From NCBI RefSeq assembly GCF_022045235.1, contig NW_027266264.1, positions 49,972,001-50,036,000 of the forward strand: a stretch of 64,000 nt of DNA. Direction: 5' to 3'. The stretch's first letter is position 1, and each line of letters opens with the position of its first letter. The notes beneath the pieces are model-generated. The model saw only the letters and a list, made by a program, of their open reading frames with translations, ran no database searches and was not told the origin of the DNA. Source of the stretch: Haliotis cracherodii (lineage: Eukaryota). A program made the translations under genes and the position numbers. Of this stretch, positions 37,903-51,575 are shown piece after piece.

Positions 37903-40900
37903 GTGAGTTAGTGGGTGAGTTGAGTTAAAATTTAAAGTCACATCGCCATTTTGTAACGATAGGTAAGACATATATAATAAGCACATTTCGACTGAAAAAA
38001 CGTGTCATCAAAATGGGTAGTGCAATAACTAGATCATCACAGATTTTGTGGTTCAAAGTAGCTTGAGAACATGAATGAACTATTAATCAACAATACAATG
38101 CAAGAACAGGCTATAATACTATGGACCAAAGAGATTTACGGGCTCTCTGCTACCTCCGCGGATCCCCAGCATGATTTACACTATCCATTCAGCTGCTTGC
38201 GATTTTTTGCCATCAATTTCAATTCACAAATAGTCTACGATTAGAAATGTGGCAGGCCTAAAGTTACAGTGAAGCATATTGAACTCACATATCCTATCAG
38301 GGAAACATTAATTTTACACTAATTTTAATAACAGCAACAAAACCCTTACCATATTCATTAGAAATCTCTGCCAAAAGCAACATCGATTGTACAATTCCGA
38401 CTAATCATGAGCATGGGTATATGGATGACTTTAAAAATTACCCCCTTCAAGGATACAGCTACAAACAAAGTCAGTAAATAATTTCTTCTACCAATTTTGA
38501 ACGGCAATCTATTTTATACAGGACATATTAATCCAAATTTATGATCCAATTCTATTTCTTTAAAAGAAACAACATATAATTAAATGAATGTTAACATTTA
38601 TCAAAGAACCTTTAGAGATGATTTGAAATATTTATCCCTAAATATTTAATCCCTAACTTATTCATGCCTAATTGGGTGTCTCATTTCTTTTGGCGTAGAT
38701 CTCATGTAATCACTGTTTGGGATCAGAAGTAATGTCACAGATTTGGTGAGTGCTGCTTTTGCAGCAGCATCACCCATTGTCTTCTCAATGATTCGAATAT
38801 GGCTGGGTAACCAACAAGAAACGATGTTCAAGTGGCCAGTAGCAAGATTGTTATATAATTCAATAATTCCGATTAAAAGTTGATGTTTAGAAGACTGATT
38901 ATTAATTGCCTGGAGACAAGATAGAATAAAATATATTCTTTTTGGTTTGATTGCATATTCTAGTGCTGTTAATGTGGACCCTCATTCGGCCGTAAAAATG
39001 GAACAGTTATCTGGTAGTCTTGATGATAATGTCCTTGTTCCAACGACAGTGCCGTTGCTGTAAACGTTTTTAAGAGTTGATAATGTATATTATCAGGCCC
39101 AGTAGCAGAACCCTGAGTTTGCCCAAGTTTGATAGTATGGAGCTCATGAATAGAAAATATTAAAAAAATTCATTTATATAATCTTTAGAATTATCTGAAT
39201 TGAAATTTATATTTTTCTTCTCTTGCTGCTGTTTGTATTTTTTAAAATGAGGTACGTAATTTGATAAAAAGGAGTGTGTAGCCAAAGTTTCACCAAGTTT
39301 ATTTGCAAGCTCCGATTGATCAATTAACACTTGATTCCCATTTTTAAGATGGTGTATACTAGATTTAGTACCCTTACCTTTAATTTTCTGAATCATGTAC
39401 GTGACCTAATTTTGCCATGACTGGCGTTTGTTTTGTTTACAGATAAGCCGGGCTTTTGCATTTACAAAGTACTTTGGCGGCGACGGAAAAACTGTTTTGC
39501 CTTTTTGCTTGCCTAACTAGATTGTTTGCAATCATTGTTAACCATGATTTACATATGTGGGGATTTGAAGAGGACTTCGGAACACATTTATCAGCCATTT
39601 TATGAAGTTCATTGGTGAAAGGTTTTAAACGGTCGGGAACATCCATAAAACATCAGGATTTAGCTTGTTACTACAACAAATTGCCTATAAAGCCAAGTTA
39701 GTTTTTTTGGTAAAATTCCATCTTCATGACGCAGGAACATCAGATGGTGTCACAGGAAAATGGTCTCTTCCACAGAGGTCATCGTGGACTGACCGTTCAA
39801 ATTCACCTCGTAAATTAGAATTAGACAAGAGTAAGTTCCAGTTGTAGGATGTAGACATGTGTTAGTAAAAATGCAAAAAATCGTTATTTAAGAAAGGATT
39901 GTGTGGTAATTTCCCTTTGTATTGGTGTGATTACTACCCCAAAGTGGGTTGTGGTCATTCAGATCCCCCATAAATACACAGATGACTGATGACGAGAACA
40001 GGATGATGGTATATGTAAGGAACATAATGTAAAAACTTTATTTCATTTTACACGCACTGCAACAACCCGACGAGGTGTATTTAGAGTGGCTTTAAGAATA
40101 GTTTCTTGTGAACAAAATGCTGATGGTTTGAAATCTTGAATAGCTGAAGATTGAAGTATCATTGAAGTACTGGTTTCGTCGGCATGGATTTTATATAATA
40201 TTGCCTGATCGCTTGGCACCCAGCTAATAGCTGTTTGACATCCATTATCAACTTAGAGAGGTGAAGAGGAGACTGTAGAAGAGTAGGTTCATGAGGAGAG
40301 AGAGAATTGTGGATACGCTTGCAATCAGTTTCTTTATTTCCGTGAAAGATATGTGATAAGTGTATTTAATTTTCGGGACTTAAGTCCTTGTAACAAAACA
40401 AGGGCATGATTTTGAAGAGGACATGTGTTCACCGCTGCAGTTTGCACATCTCATGTCATCCGTGGATTCAGTGCGTTCATGGGTGTGGGGGGGGGGGGGG
40501 GGGTTGACACGAGTTTGATCCATGTCCGAACTGTTGACATTTAACACAAAGGAGTGGATTTGAAATATCCGGCTTTGATCGATTAAGGGGATCTTTGCTA
40601 GTGCAAAAGTAAAAAGGTAGGTGTTTGTTTAAATAATAGTTTCACCCTATTTCCCCGTAAACCGAACTCAGATGTTATATATTGGGGCTTCAGCTCTGCT
40701 GCAATTTCCTCAACTGATATGTCTGAAAGGCACTTGACACGGTCCACTGTCACGTGCAATGTCACTACATGAATTCAATGTTTGTGTGCTGAGACAACAA
40801 TATCAGTATTTGCGATGTTCTTTGAACAGATTTAGAGATTGTTGTCTCCGTACACATTCCACAAGCAAAGAATCGGACCGGAGATGGGTAACAATTTTTA

Positions 40901-41656
40901 ACATTTCCACATTTTTGATCGATGATTTTGACACTACGAAGAGGTTGATTTTGAGTGGCTTTTCATCAACTCCTTCGACAACTAGAAAGCGTGGCCAAAT
41001 GTACAAATTCCTCATATGAAGATATTGCAGTATCTGTATCAATACGTCTTTTTTCGATTTTTAACGTGAACCACGTAACTGTGATAGCCATAATGGTAGC
41101 CATTATGAAAGAAAAGATATTCGACATCCTTGCTTCCTACCCGCCATAAAATGTCAAGAAGGACGATGTTGTAGTGGAATCCGACTACAAACTCTATGGA
41201 GTGCTATACTCTAGCAATAAAGACACAGGTAACTAAAATTGTCAAACAGGGTTAAAGTTCTGCCCTAGACAGTTACCCAAAGACAAATATAATCCGGAGG
41301 TCAATAATGCCAGATTGGCCCACGAGCCACCGCCTTATGGAATACCACTCTAGGCATAATTTCTTACAACATAGTTTTTAAAAGAAGAATATTCCATGTA
41401 AAAACATTGCTTTAATCATTGTTTTGGAATGCAAGTTGTCCATTAAAGGGCATGACGTGATCAACCGATTGTAAGAATCGGGCCCTTTCTACCACCCGTC
41501 TAGGCGAAGTAAGGGTCAAGTAATGTGTTGGGGAAATGGAACACCTGTTCTTGGTTCCAGTGCTAAACAACCGTCCTCTACCGACGCAGAGGTGCAACCC
41601 ACGGCAAACGGGTTGCCCAATTGCAATTTAGTCGCCTTTCACAACTAGCAATGGGG
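37903..41656 (-). mobile_element. I/Nimb-type LINE relic (ORF1 with zinc knuckles, APE, RNase H; RT core deleted)
   Basis: ORF1 WPRFLVVE...CVKCQQFGH...CANCSGEH; APE GDLNDHNPLWGS, DHFPV; ATGPDNIHYQLLK joined to RNase H SIFTAE...CWLPSH...DAAAKAA; probable 3' UTR ending in an (ACTC)-like tail at ~37903 (least certain boundary). Confidence 0.87.
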
Positions 41657-44044
41657 AAACGTGTACAGTATTTATTGAAAAGGAAACTCTGTCGGTCAGT
41701 ACGCCTACCTACAGATATGAAGTCTGGAAACATGTCGTATGATGGAGGTACACTCCCTTAAGTTCCAGACAAGGCAGAGAATTGTTACACTTGAGTGTGC
41801 CCCTAGTTCGTCAGAGTATTGTATGCTAGTCGGCAAATTGATTACATGTTTTGAAAACAATAAAGTGATGATCAATGAGTAAGTTAGGTTAAACGCACAT
41901 TTAGAGAGCAGTCTTTCAATGTCACGTCGTGTTAGCTTTCAGGCGTTTACAACTGCAAGCATGGTAAAACCAAAATCGCAATCAGAGCGAATACTGGAAT
42001 CGAACAAAGTCATACAATTGATAGGATATCTTGAATTCTAAAGTGAATGATTCGTTTATTTGTTTTCAACAACACACAAATGAAACGTTTTAGTACTTGT
42101 ATAAATGTTATTTGCAATACACATAAACAACATTATTTTTTATCAGAATCCAAAGCTAATATCTTGAGTGTCAGAGAAGCTGTAAGATCATGTAAGATCA
42201 TATTAATCACCTAATATAAAAAGGCAAAGTTATTGTAACCTTTATCCATAACACCACTGAGCGTGTTTAAATATAAAGATGAGAGAGAAAATGTTCGTTA
42301 TGACGTCGTCAGCAATATTAAGGCATTTACTGAATCACACAGGCCTGTAAAAACGTGGGTCTAGCCAACACAAATGTATGTATTATGGTGTCATATTTTT
42401 TTTAATCAGTGCCAAGTTAAACAGAAGCTGAACGCAAGCATTATTTTCAAACATGAGTCATACTTGAAACAATTAATGTGTACATGGAGGATACTAGCCT
42501 GGGTCTTTAGCATCCTGTTGGAAATATTCCTAAAGGCGACATTATACCATGATACATCACTTATTTTCCAACTCACCACTAGCTATAGGGATGAAGAATG
42601 GGATTAAGTAAACTGTTTCACCATCAGGATCAATTATATAACTTCCTCCAATCAGCCTACCTTCACCTCGTTAACAAGAACCTCAAAGTAAAACTATTGT
42701 TATATCAATAACGCATCATAACAACCGACAAAAGTCTAACCATGTTGTACGCCCCGTCCTTTGTTGCCCTGCTTGTTTGTTTGTTTGTTTGTTTGGTTGG
42801 TTGGTTGGTTAACATCTGTGTATATATAATCATAGCTTTAGAAAAAAAGTCCTCTCCAGAACACTCTTTTGACAAAGGTACTAGCAACCAAAGTTCGCAA
42901 TGAAACAATTGAGAAGTACGTTTGCACAATTGCACCGAAATCCCCATCAAATCAGCCTTCCATCGTACTGCAGTTTCTAAATGCAACTTAACCACAGAAT
43001 CAGTTATCATTTCATATAGCTAAATTATAATCTGAGACTAACTGAAACATATGACTGAATGATGGTTGTTTTGACGTTGTTTGATGTTGCATCGTGATAT
43101 GATATATTGAATTTCAGTTGAGCAATCAATTTATGGTCTGTTTGTCCTTAAATTTTCGGTCCACACACTATCTTTTTACCATACGTGCTTGCTGTCGGTT
43201 TGCATGGCTTGAAATGAACACAAACCAGTACATGTTTTGGGTAACTTAATGTCCATCTTTACCACTTATATATGTATAGAAAACATGGGCCAGTGCTTGC
43301 ATGAGACAAGATGATTGATCGAAAAGCTTCAATCTGCGTAATTTCGGATTATATTAGTTTTCTTTTGCAATTTTTCCACATAGTTGCCAACTGGCATTTA
43401 GACACAAATGCTTCTATTTAAATTGATACATTACAGATCAACTTAATCTGTCACGTGATTACAATATTTGGCATGCATCTACCGATGCTGTCCGGCCAGA
43501 CAAAGATGAACCTGTCTTATCAGTTGACATGATTCCCTTCACAGGGTTTTGGATTTGCTTTTATTTCTCAGCCGTATTAATGATGACGGATTAACCAGTT
43601 ATAAAAGGATTTTCATCACGCATATGGTTCCAATGAAAAGGATGTACATGTAACATAATACTTGTGGCCACATTCAATCACGAGGTACCAGGGGTGACGA
43701 TATGCGGACGTTTCAGATCGTATGGGCATGGTCCCAAATAATTTGAGGGTCCATTGGAGTTTGCTGAACAGTGGTTTACAAAACAATAAATTATGTTTGA
43801 GGTTGCAGGTTCGAGATAAGATGTATAATAATCGCGACTTTTAACCACTCAAAAATCACCATAAGATGCATATCAAAAGGGTGTGTTGTAACACTGTTTA
43901 TTTAATTTAGGAAGTCGTGGAAATTCTCCCGGAATTTTTTTTTCAGGTTTTCCACAATTGGAAGAACAATAGTATGACATCACTGTATTTTAATTAATGG
44001 GGTTTAACTTCGCGTTCAAATCATTGCATTTATCATAGCGACGC

Positions 44045-44290
44045 AGGTGTGTGTATGCGCGTGTGGCTGCTTGTAAATAGTCCGGATTAATGCCGATTTT
44101 ATAGTGCTAGCCTACTGAGATATCATTTCGCAGTTTAACAAGGATACCCCACCCAGAGATGGTATATATGCTGACTCCGAACCACCATTAATGCTGAACG
44201 ATAGGCAACGTCAATGTTTGTCCCCTTAATGCAATCTATTCCCATCTTGGTATTGCGCTACCGGGGATCTAACCGCTTAGCAATGTCGAT
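44045..44290 (-). mobile_element. SINE family C, degenerate
   Basis: AGTCCGGATTAATGCCGATTTTATAGTGCTAGC...CTGAGATA is the reverse complement of the family C body. Confidence 0.7.
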
Positions 44291-45020
44291 TCCGGGGAAG
44301 CATTCTTTTCACTACATCACATAGACTGTCCAGGAAGATTACAATGAAAATAGACACGCCTGAACATGTACGCATTCAAAATCCCAATGCAACTCTCGTT
44401 GAGCAACTGCAAAAATAATCCTAAATTAACTTTAGTGCTGTATAAATGACTGCATCATTTGGCAGAATATTGCCCTCGCATACAAATAATCCCTCAAATA
44501 AATCAATTTGAGTTCCCTATACATAGAAATGTCAAGGCTGTTTGTCGTGTTATAATAAATATACGGCTCGGTATCATTTTTTTGTGCCGATGTCAATCAT
44601 GTAGGTATAATGAAAACTGATTAATTTTGATTAAAGAACGCACAGTGTGATTAAAATAGAGACGCCACATCAGCCTTTGTCTTTCGTCTTGGTGGCACAA
44701 TGTCTACATTTACCACCGACTAGCCGTACCTTACTCAATTGAAGTGATAATTGCAAATAGATTTACATTACAATGGTCTTACGAGATGGATCAGTCGAAA
44801 ATAGAACAGAAAGCGGGATCTCTTTCACTGAACAGGTAGAGATTAGCGGGACAACTGCATTACCGAGAAAGAACTGGAAAAATGTCGATTTTTGTCTTTG
44901 AATTCTATCAATGTACATGTTGGAAGAAACGCAGATCGTTTCTGGTGTGAATGGGTAGGCGTAATTTCACAGAACAAGATAAAATTGTAGGACATGTGTT
45001 TTTGGACGGAAATGGTGATG

Positions 45021-45179
45021 TGTGAGTTTGGTTTAACGCCGCTTTTAGCAATTCCAGCAATATCACGACGGGAGACACCAGAAATGGTCTTCACATATTG
45101 TACATATGACGGGAATCGGAACCCAGGTCTTCGGCATGACTTGTGAATGCTTTAATCTCTGGGATACCCGACCGCCCCC
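45021..45179 (-). mobile_element. SINE family A
   Basis: 11-bp TSD AAATGGTGATG at 45010-45020 and 45180-45190. Confidence 0.92.
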
Positions 45180-45279
45180 AAATGGTGATGAATTAACTAT
45201 TTTCTATTGTTCATATTTTATGCTCATGTATTAGCAAATTTTCAATATACCCCCTGAGCATTACGTGGCGCAACGATGC

Positions 45280-46862
45280 TTATGGACATAACAAACCACG
45301 AACATGCGTAAGGGAATAACAAACCAGAAACATGCGTGTGGGGCTAACCGACCAGGAGCATGCGTGTGGGTATTACCGACCAGGAACATGTTTGTGGGTA
45401 TTACCGACCAGGAACATGGGTGTGGAGATAACCGACCAGGAACACGGGTGTGGAGATAACCGACCAGGAACATGCGTGTGGGGAAAACCGACCAGGAACA
45501 TGCGTCTGGGGATAACCGACCAGGAACATGCGTGTGGGTATAACAAACCAGGAGCATGCGTGTGGCCATAACCGACCAGGAACATGCGTGTGGGGATAAC
45601 CGACCAGGAACATGTTTGTGGGGATAACCGACCAGGAACATGCGTGTGGGTATAACAAACCAGGAGCATGCGTGTGGGCATAACCGACCAGGAACATGCG
45701 TGTGGGGATAACCGACCAGGAACATGTTTGTGGGGATAACCGACCAGGAACATGCGTGTGGGTATAACAAACCAGGAGCATGCGTGTGGGCATAACCGAC
45801 CAGGAACATGCGTGTGGGGATAACCGACCAGAAACATGGGTGTGGGGATAACCGACCAGGAACATGTTTGTGGGGATAACCGACCAGGAACATGTTTGTG
45901 GGGATAACCGACCAGGAACATGCGTGTGGGTATAACAAACCAGGAGCATGCGTGTGGGCATAACCGACCAGGAACATGCGTGTGGGGATAACCGACCAGG
46001 AACATGTTTGTGGGGATAACCGACCAGGAACATGGGTGTGGGGATAACCGACCAGAAACATGGGTGTGGGGATAACCGACCAGGAACATGCGTGTGGGTA
46101 TAACCGACCAGGAACATGCGTGTGGGTATAACAAACCAGGAACATGGGTGTGGGGATAACCGACCAGGAACATGGGTGTGGGGATAACCGACCAGAAACA
46201 TGGGTGTGGGGATAACCGACCAGGAACATGCGTGTGGGTATAACCAACCAGGAACATGGGTGTGGGTATAACAAACCAGGAACATGGGTGTGGGGGTGGG
46301 GATAACCGACCAGGAACATGGGTGTGGGGATAACCGACCAGAAACATGGGTGTGGGGATAACCGACCAGGAACATGCGTGTGGGTATAACCAACCAGGAA
46401 CATGGGTGTGGGTATAACAAACCAGGAACATGGGTGTGGGGATAACCGACCAGGAACATGCGTGTGGGTATAACCAACCAGGAACATGGGTGTGGGTATA
46501 ACAAACCAGGAACATGGGTGTGGGGATAACCGACCAGGAACATGGGTGTGGGGATAACCGACCAGGAACATGCGTGTGGGTATAACCGACCAGGAACATG
46601 GGTGTGGGGATAACCGACCATAACCATAGATCATGAACATGCAAATAGGGATAACACACCAGGGACATGCATATAGGGATAACAGACCAGGAACATGCGT
46701 GGGGGGGGGGGGATAGATCATGAACATGCGTATACGGATAACAGACCACGAACATGCTTTTAGGGATAACAAACCAGGAACATGCATATAGAGGTAACAG
46801 ACCACAAACATGCATATACGAACAACAGACCAGGAACATGCATATAGGTATATGTGACCGAC
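45280..46862. repeat. 28-bp minisatellite (~56 copies)
   Basis: Unit AGGAACATGCGTGTGGGGATAACCGACC with degenerate ends; accounts for the 408-534 aa repetitive ORFs (28-aa period = 3 units). Confidence 0.97.
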
Positions 46863-47786
46863 CATTTAATATCCTGGGAGTATGGGTACTGGGATTTCAT
46901 CGAATAAAAATAAATTGCGGGGCTCCGTCCGAGCAGCCACGTCACCCTTATCCTTATCCTTGAAGATACCGTCTTCACTAGCTTTTTCAGGTTATATAAT
47001 GAAGAATAGGCATGATACATTGACTGCCGAGTGCGCATTTTTCTATAGCATAGGAAAAGGCCTTTTTTATCATTATCGCTGTCGCACAGTTGTATCAAGT
47101 GTCAATTAGGCACCTCTAGTTTTTAATTAAAGAGTACATCGACTTTCCGTTTAGGAGCCACCAGAGTCAATCAGATAATGAAATCACGACGTGTCCTTTT
47201 AGATTGGTGTCATAAAGGCCCCGACGACTCCGGGACTGACACTGATTAGATGAGTTCTAATAACATTTATCCATGCTGATAACGTAATATTCAACGTCTA
47301 AGTTCAATATCATGTATTGTGAATAGCTTGATATTCATCTTAATCTTTGGAAATGATACCTTAGCACGGACAATCGTAAAATGCACTTTGCAAATGAAAA
47401 CTGTTTAACGCAGTAACGTTTTCAGAGTTGTTTTAAAACCATGCGAAGGTCTGAGTACTCGGGAATATGAACGTACATATATAACGTAACACCTATGTTA
47501 ATGCGCAACAAGAAGAGACACATCAGTCCATGTCGGTGCATACCGGAGTGAGATACAATCTTCAGGTCAATAGTGCCCAAGGCGTTGGACATTACTTGGT
47601 TTGGGATCTAAGTAGCTAAGCAGCTTACAGTTCGACAGAAATTTGTATGACTCCGTAGCATGAAAACGTCCTTGGATGTGATGTGAGCAGTGGATGACAC
47701 CAGTACATAAACATATCACCTGCTTACATGATGTGTCGTCTCCATGTTATGCATGTCATGTCGCCTTACTCCTATTCAGTCAGAAA

Positions 47787-47950
47787 GGGGCGGTAGGGTA
47801 GTCTCGTGATTAAAGCCCTAGCTCGGCACCGCGAAGACCCGGGTCCGTTTCCCCTCATGGGTACAATGTGTGAAGGCAATATCTGGTGTCCCCGCCGTGA
47901 TATTACTGGAATATTGCTAAATGCGGCGTTAAACTCAATCACACACTCAA
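47787..47950 (+). mobile_element. SINE family A
   Basis: GGGGCGGTAGGGTAG...ATGGGTACAATGTGTGAAG...GCGGCGTTAAACTCAATCAC. Confidence 0.88.
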
Positions 47951-50439
47951 TCAGTAATGCACTACTACCAGAATCGTCAGAACGATTACAATCATGTGAC
48001 GTCGTAGAAAAAGCGTAGCAAGGACGAGAACAGATTCTACACAAAGTGGCGCTGATGTGATTCTGCCCCAAGAAGCTTATTCACTTGAGTGTGTTTCCGA
48101 ATCAGAAGTGACATTAGCAAGTTCTGCGTTGTCGAATCCAATAAATGTTTGCCTTGCTGTTTTGTTCGCTGGAACATCAGATGAGATTAAATTAACTATA
48201 AGTTCTTGCAATCCCTCCTGGAGGTTTGTATTAAACAAGATAGGCTGATAGATCGACTCAAAAAGAAGTAATCTGTTACACGAACAAGCTGATTTCAGGT
48301 TAGATGCTTGTTTCTGTCAGTGACGTATAGGTTGTGACGAGGAACAAACATGTACGAGATTGAAAGGAGGGGATCAATGTTGGGGTTACTAGTGTAGTCT
48401 ACAACAGAATAATCCATCACAAATTCCGTACAGGATATTGATGGAACGCAGAACTATACAGAACATTGTGAACGTCCCATTTCGAACACTTGTCATCCTA
48501 TTCCCCTTTGATGGATATTTGCATTGGTCTGTGACACTTACTTTCAGCTTGTGTGTCAGCTATTTTAAAAGAGTCACGGTAGTCTGACGTAAACGGGTTA
48601 AGAATGCAGATTCTATTTACCGATACGTTTGTATCTCAGATACGTCACGAGCTGCTTTACAATGTGTACTTCCTCTTTAGATAAGTCCTTTATCCTGCTT
48701 CATTCTCTTTGATACTTTAGCATTTTTACACTCTTACTCGTTTCTATTCCCGTACTATTTGTCCAAACTCTTTCAAAGTTCATCAGTGCGGGGATCTTTT
48801 AGTGGTGTGTGCTTCAGTTCTGTTTCGGAACGCATTTACACAACCATCAAAGGCCTCTCTCTGTCAATAATAGACTGGCGTACTCAGAAATGCTACGTAA
48901 GTTCATTCTGTAATGTGTTGCAGTCAGAGACATATCCTGCTCTTCCCTCATGTCTGAACGCACCGTGAGATCTTTGCTTTTTGTCTTTGATATTAAAAGA
49001 AATGTCAATTGTAACACAATGGTTGTTTCAGACAGATTATCCTCGTTTAATGTGTGGGCGTCATACTGAACATTTCATCAAAGTTTCTCATACTTCCTGG
49101 ACCTTTGAAATGTGATGTATATTTGTTGGACAATCATTGGGAATAGAAATAAGCTAGATGGTAATTAGATAAAGAGCATTCTACTTCAATGGGTATATTG
49201 ATTCCAACGAGATGCATACATCTAGTTAAGATTACATAATAATATGCCCGCGCGCTAATAGGAAATACCCCTGCGGGTACGAGTAGGCCGATAGTCTAAT
49301 GCTCAGCGATTTGCAGTGGTGAGGGGAACCTATTAGTCGTATAGGATCCGTCGGTCTTGGCTTTGTATCCGAGAAGTCCTTTGATTTGGTATTTTGTTGA
49401 GGCTGACTATTAGTTCAGTCAGTGCTTCAAGAATACCGTGTAATGTCTCTAAGAGGATGAAGCATCTAACACATTACTTATTGTGGATATGGATAAATTT
49501 GTAAAAACTGTGTTTTATTCCAGGATTTTCGGGAACAAATAACATTTGTAACACTTCAAGCTTAATAATTGTTTTCTACATTGTATTTCACGGCGACTTG
49601 CAAATAATCAGCTCTTGATCAGGCAAACAAGCAGCTGAAAAATGAACAGCGAGCTACGGCAGGATAGCACATTAACACAAACATACTCAAGACACACATT
49701 ATACACACCCGGCTCTCATGTTCGTCACTCCTTGTGACTGGGATACTTATTTTAACTATCCTAATAGGAATATGCACATGAATGTCACGTCCGTGGAATG
49801 TAATCAGTTTCTTTTTTTTATGTTTTCATTAAAACATGTAATAGTTTTCTTACATGTATTTTGTATTATTGGGCTCAACGATGCCACTGATTTCGCATTG
49901 TTGTGCACAGTTTTTGTGTACATAGTTAATCAAGCAGTCTATGAAGGTATTATTGTGGACGTGTTTATTTAGAAGAAGTAACTTCAATATCCTTTCGCGC
50001 TTAAGAGTTATAAACGTGAAAACACGTGCGAACACTACCACTGGAAGGAATAATTACAAAGTGTGCAGATCGGTTTCTACGTTAATGCCTCCATAAACGC
50101 AAAGGTATTGATCTGTATTTCAATACACAATTGACATATAAAATCATTACAAATACAACGTAGCATGAATTCAGTGTGAAATATAACATCAATATTTGTT
50201 GATAAATGTATTTTACATAACTTGTATATCTTTCACATCAGGTGATAGCCCTATATTACGATGATATAATTATACACCCCCAAAAAGTATGTAATACTAT
50301 TGATGTACATGGTTATAAAAGTTGTTTGTTATGACGATCCCTTTATAACGTACACTCAAAACGGCCACAGTCATAGTAAGAATGTCTCACATTTTGAATA
50401 TTTAAAACAGGGCGATGGAGTACGTGACCTCGTGGACAA

Positions 50440-50600
50440 ACTATTTGTTTCAGCAATATCCCAGGTATATGGCGACAGTCTGTGGTCTGTACCAGACAAT
50501 CCAGAGGCTTATAATTACAAAGCAACAGAGTGATACGGTGACATGCAATGAACAAGAATCACCTTGTCTGAACATCTGATGTATTTAGTCGCCTCTTGCT
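50440..50600 (-). mobile_element. SINE-like family B, degenerate
   Basis: CAGCAATATCCCAG...ACCAGACAATCCAG...TTAGTCGCCTCTT. Confidence 0.6.
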
Positions 50601-51431
50601 GGTGAGAATTTGGTTTTTACACGGCTTTGGTTTGTCAGGTTATTGTGGGAGGATAAAACTAAAGTCTGTGGCGTTACCCTCAAGTATGATGTCCATGAGG
50701 TAAATGTATGATTCGTATGCACCATCTCAGGACTTTGCGCCATCGGGAAATGTGGCGCCTTAGACGACTGGGTCACCCGTCTCCGAAAAAAATGATATGT
50801 GTTTAGTTGTCACTACACACAGTTATACGCCTGATAGTACATGTTGTAGGGTTAAAACACATTGAAGGTTATAAAGGGGGAAGGACTAATACTCGAAATG
50901 AAAGTGTAGAGAAAGGGATTTCCTTTGCGGCATAACAAATGTGCTTCAGCTGTGTTTCACAATGCCAGCTAGACAGTTGTCTGGTGATGAACACTAAAGT
51001 ATTGTTCATTTCAAGACTGCTCTAAAAACCTTAGCAATGTTCTTTGAAATAAAGTGTTTGGATCAACAGTGTCCCATGTGGAACAGACAACCTACGCGTT
51101 CATTATTATTCATCGACAACTTACACATAAAAGACTAAATTATTCTTAAGTAAGAAGTCAGATGCAAATTCCTTCTTGTAAATCTCAGACGAAATGCTTT
51201 CACATGCAAGATCTGATCTGTTTTTCTGGATACATAAAATCATTTTACGTTGTGATCCCCAAAGAAAGATATCTCGACATGACGTGATTATTATCCAACC
51301 TTTTCCACATTGACATCTAACGGAAGGGAATCGTCTAATGATTTTAATCAGAATATGAAGAAGATAAAGCGTTGATAATAACAAGTAACAGTGCGTGAGT
51401 TGCCACCGTGTCAGCGTGTCAGCCCCACTTG

Positions 51432-51575
51432 AGGGAGTGATAGGGTTTTACGCCGCCCAAAATAATATACCAGGTATACCACTACGGGGAACACAAGAAA
51501 TGGGCCTAACACATTGTAACCATGTGGGAAATCGTAACGAGGGAACGCTTTGACCACAAGGCTGTCACTCCACCC
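51432..51575 (-). mobile_element. SINE family A, old; insertion shared with G6
   Basis: TTTTACGCCGC...ACAAGAAATGGG...GAACGCTTTGACCACAAGGCT; same position as 60786-60940. Confidence 0.8.

Larger units (their letters stand above)
44529..48650 (+). pseudogene. Decayed multi-Ig-domain gene, copy G4
   Basis: MSRLFVVL start homologous to G1; FTLQWSY...LHYRERT...LSLNSINVHVGRNADRFWCEW (44762-44954); IVPKALDITW; LECVS...SDEIKLTISS...VICY...VVTRN; interrupted by two SINEs and the 28-bp minisatellite. Confidence 0.58.

Noticed and set aside
45261-46865. 534, 488 and 408 aa ORFs
   Set aside because: They are products of a stop-free 28-bp minisatellite, open in all three frames with the same periodic peptide.
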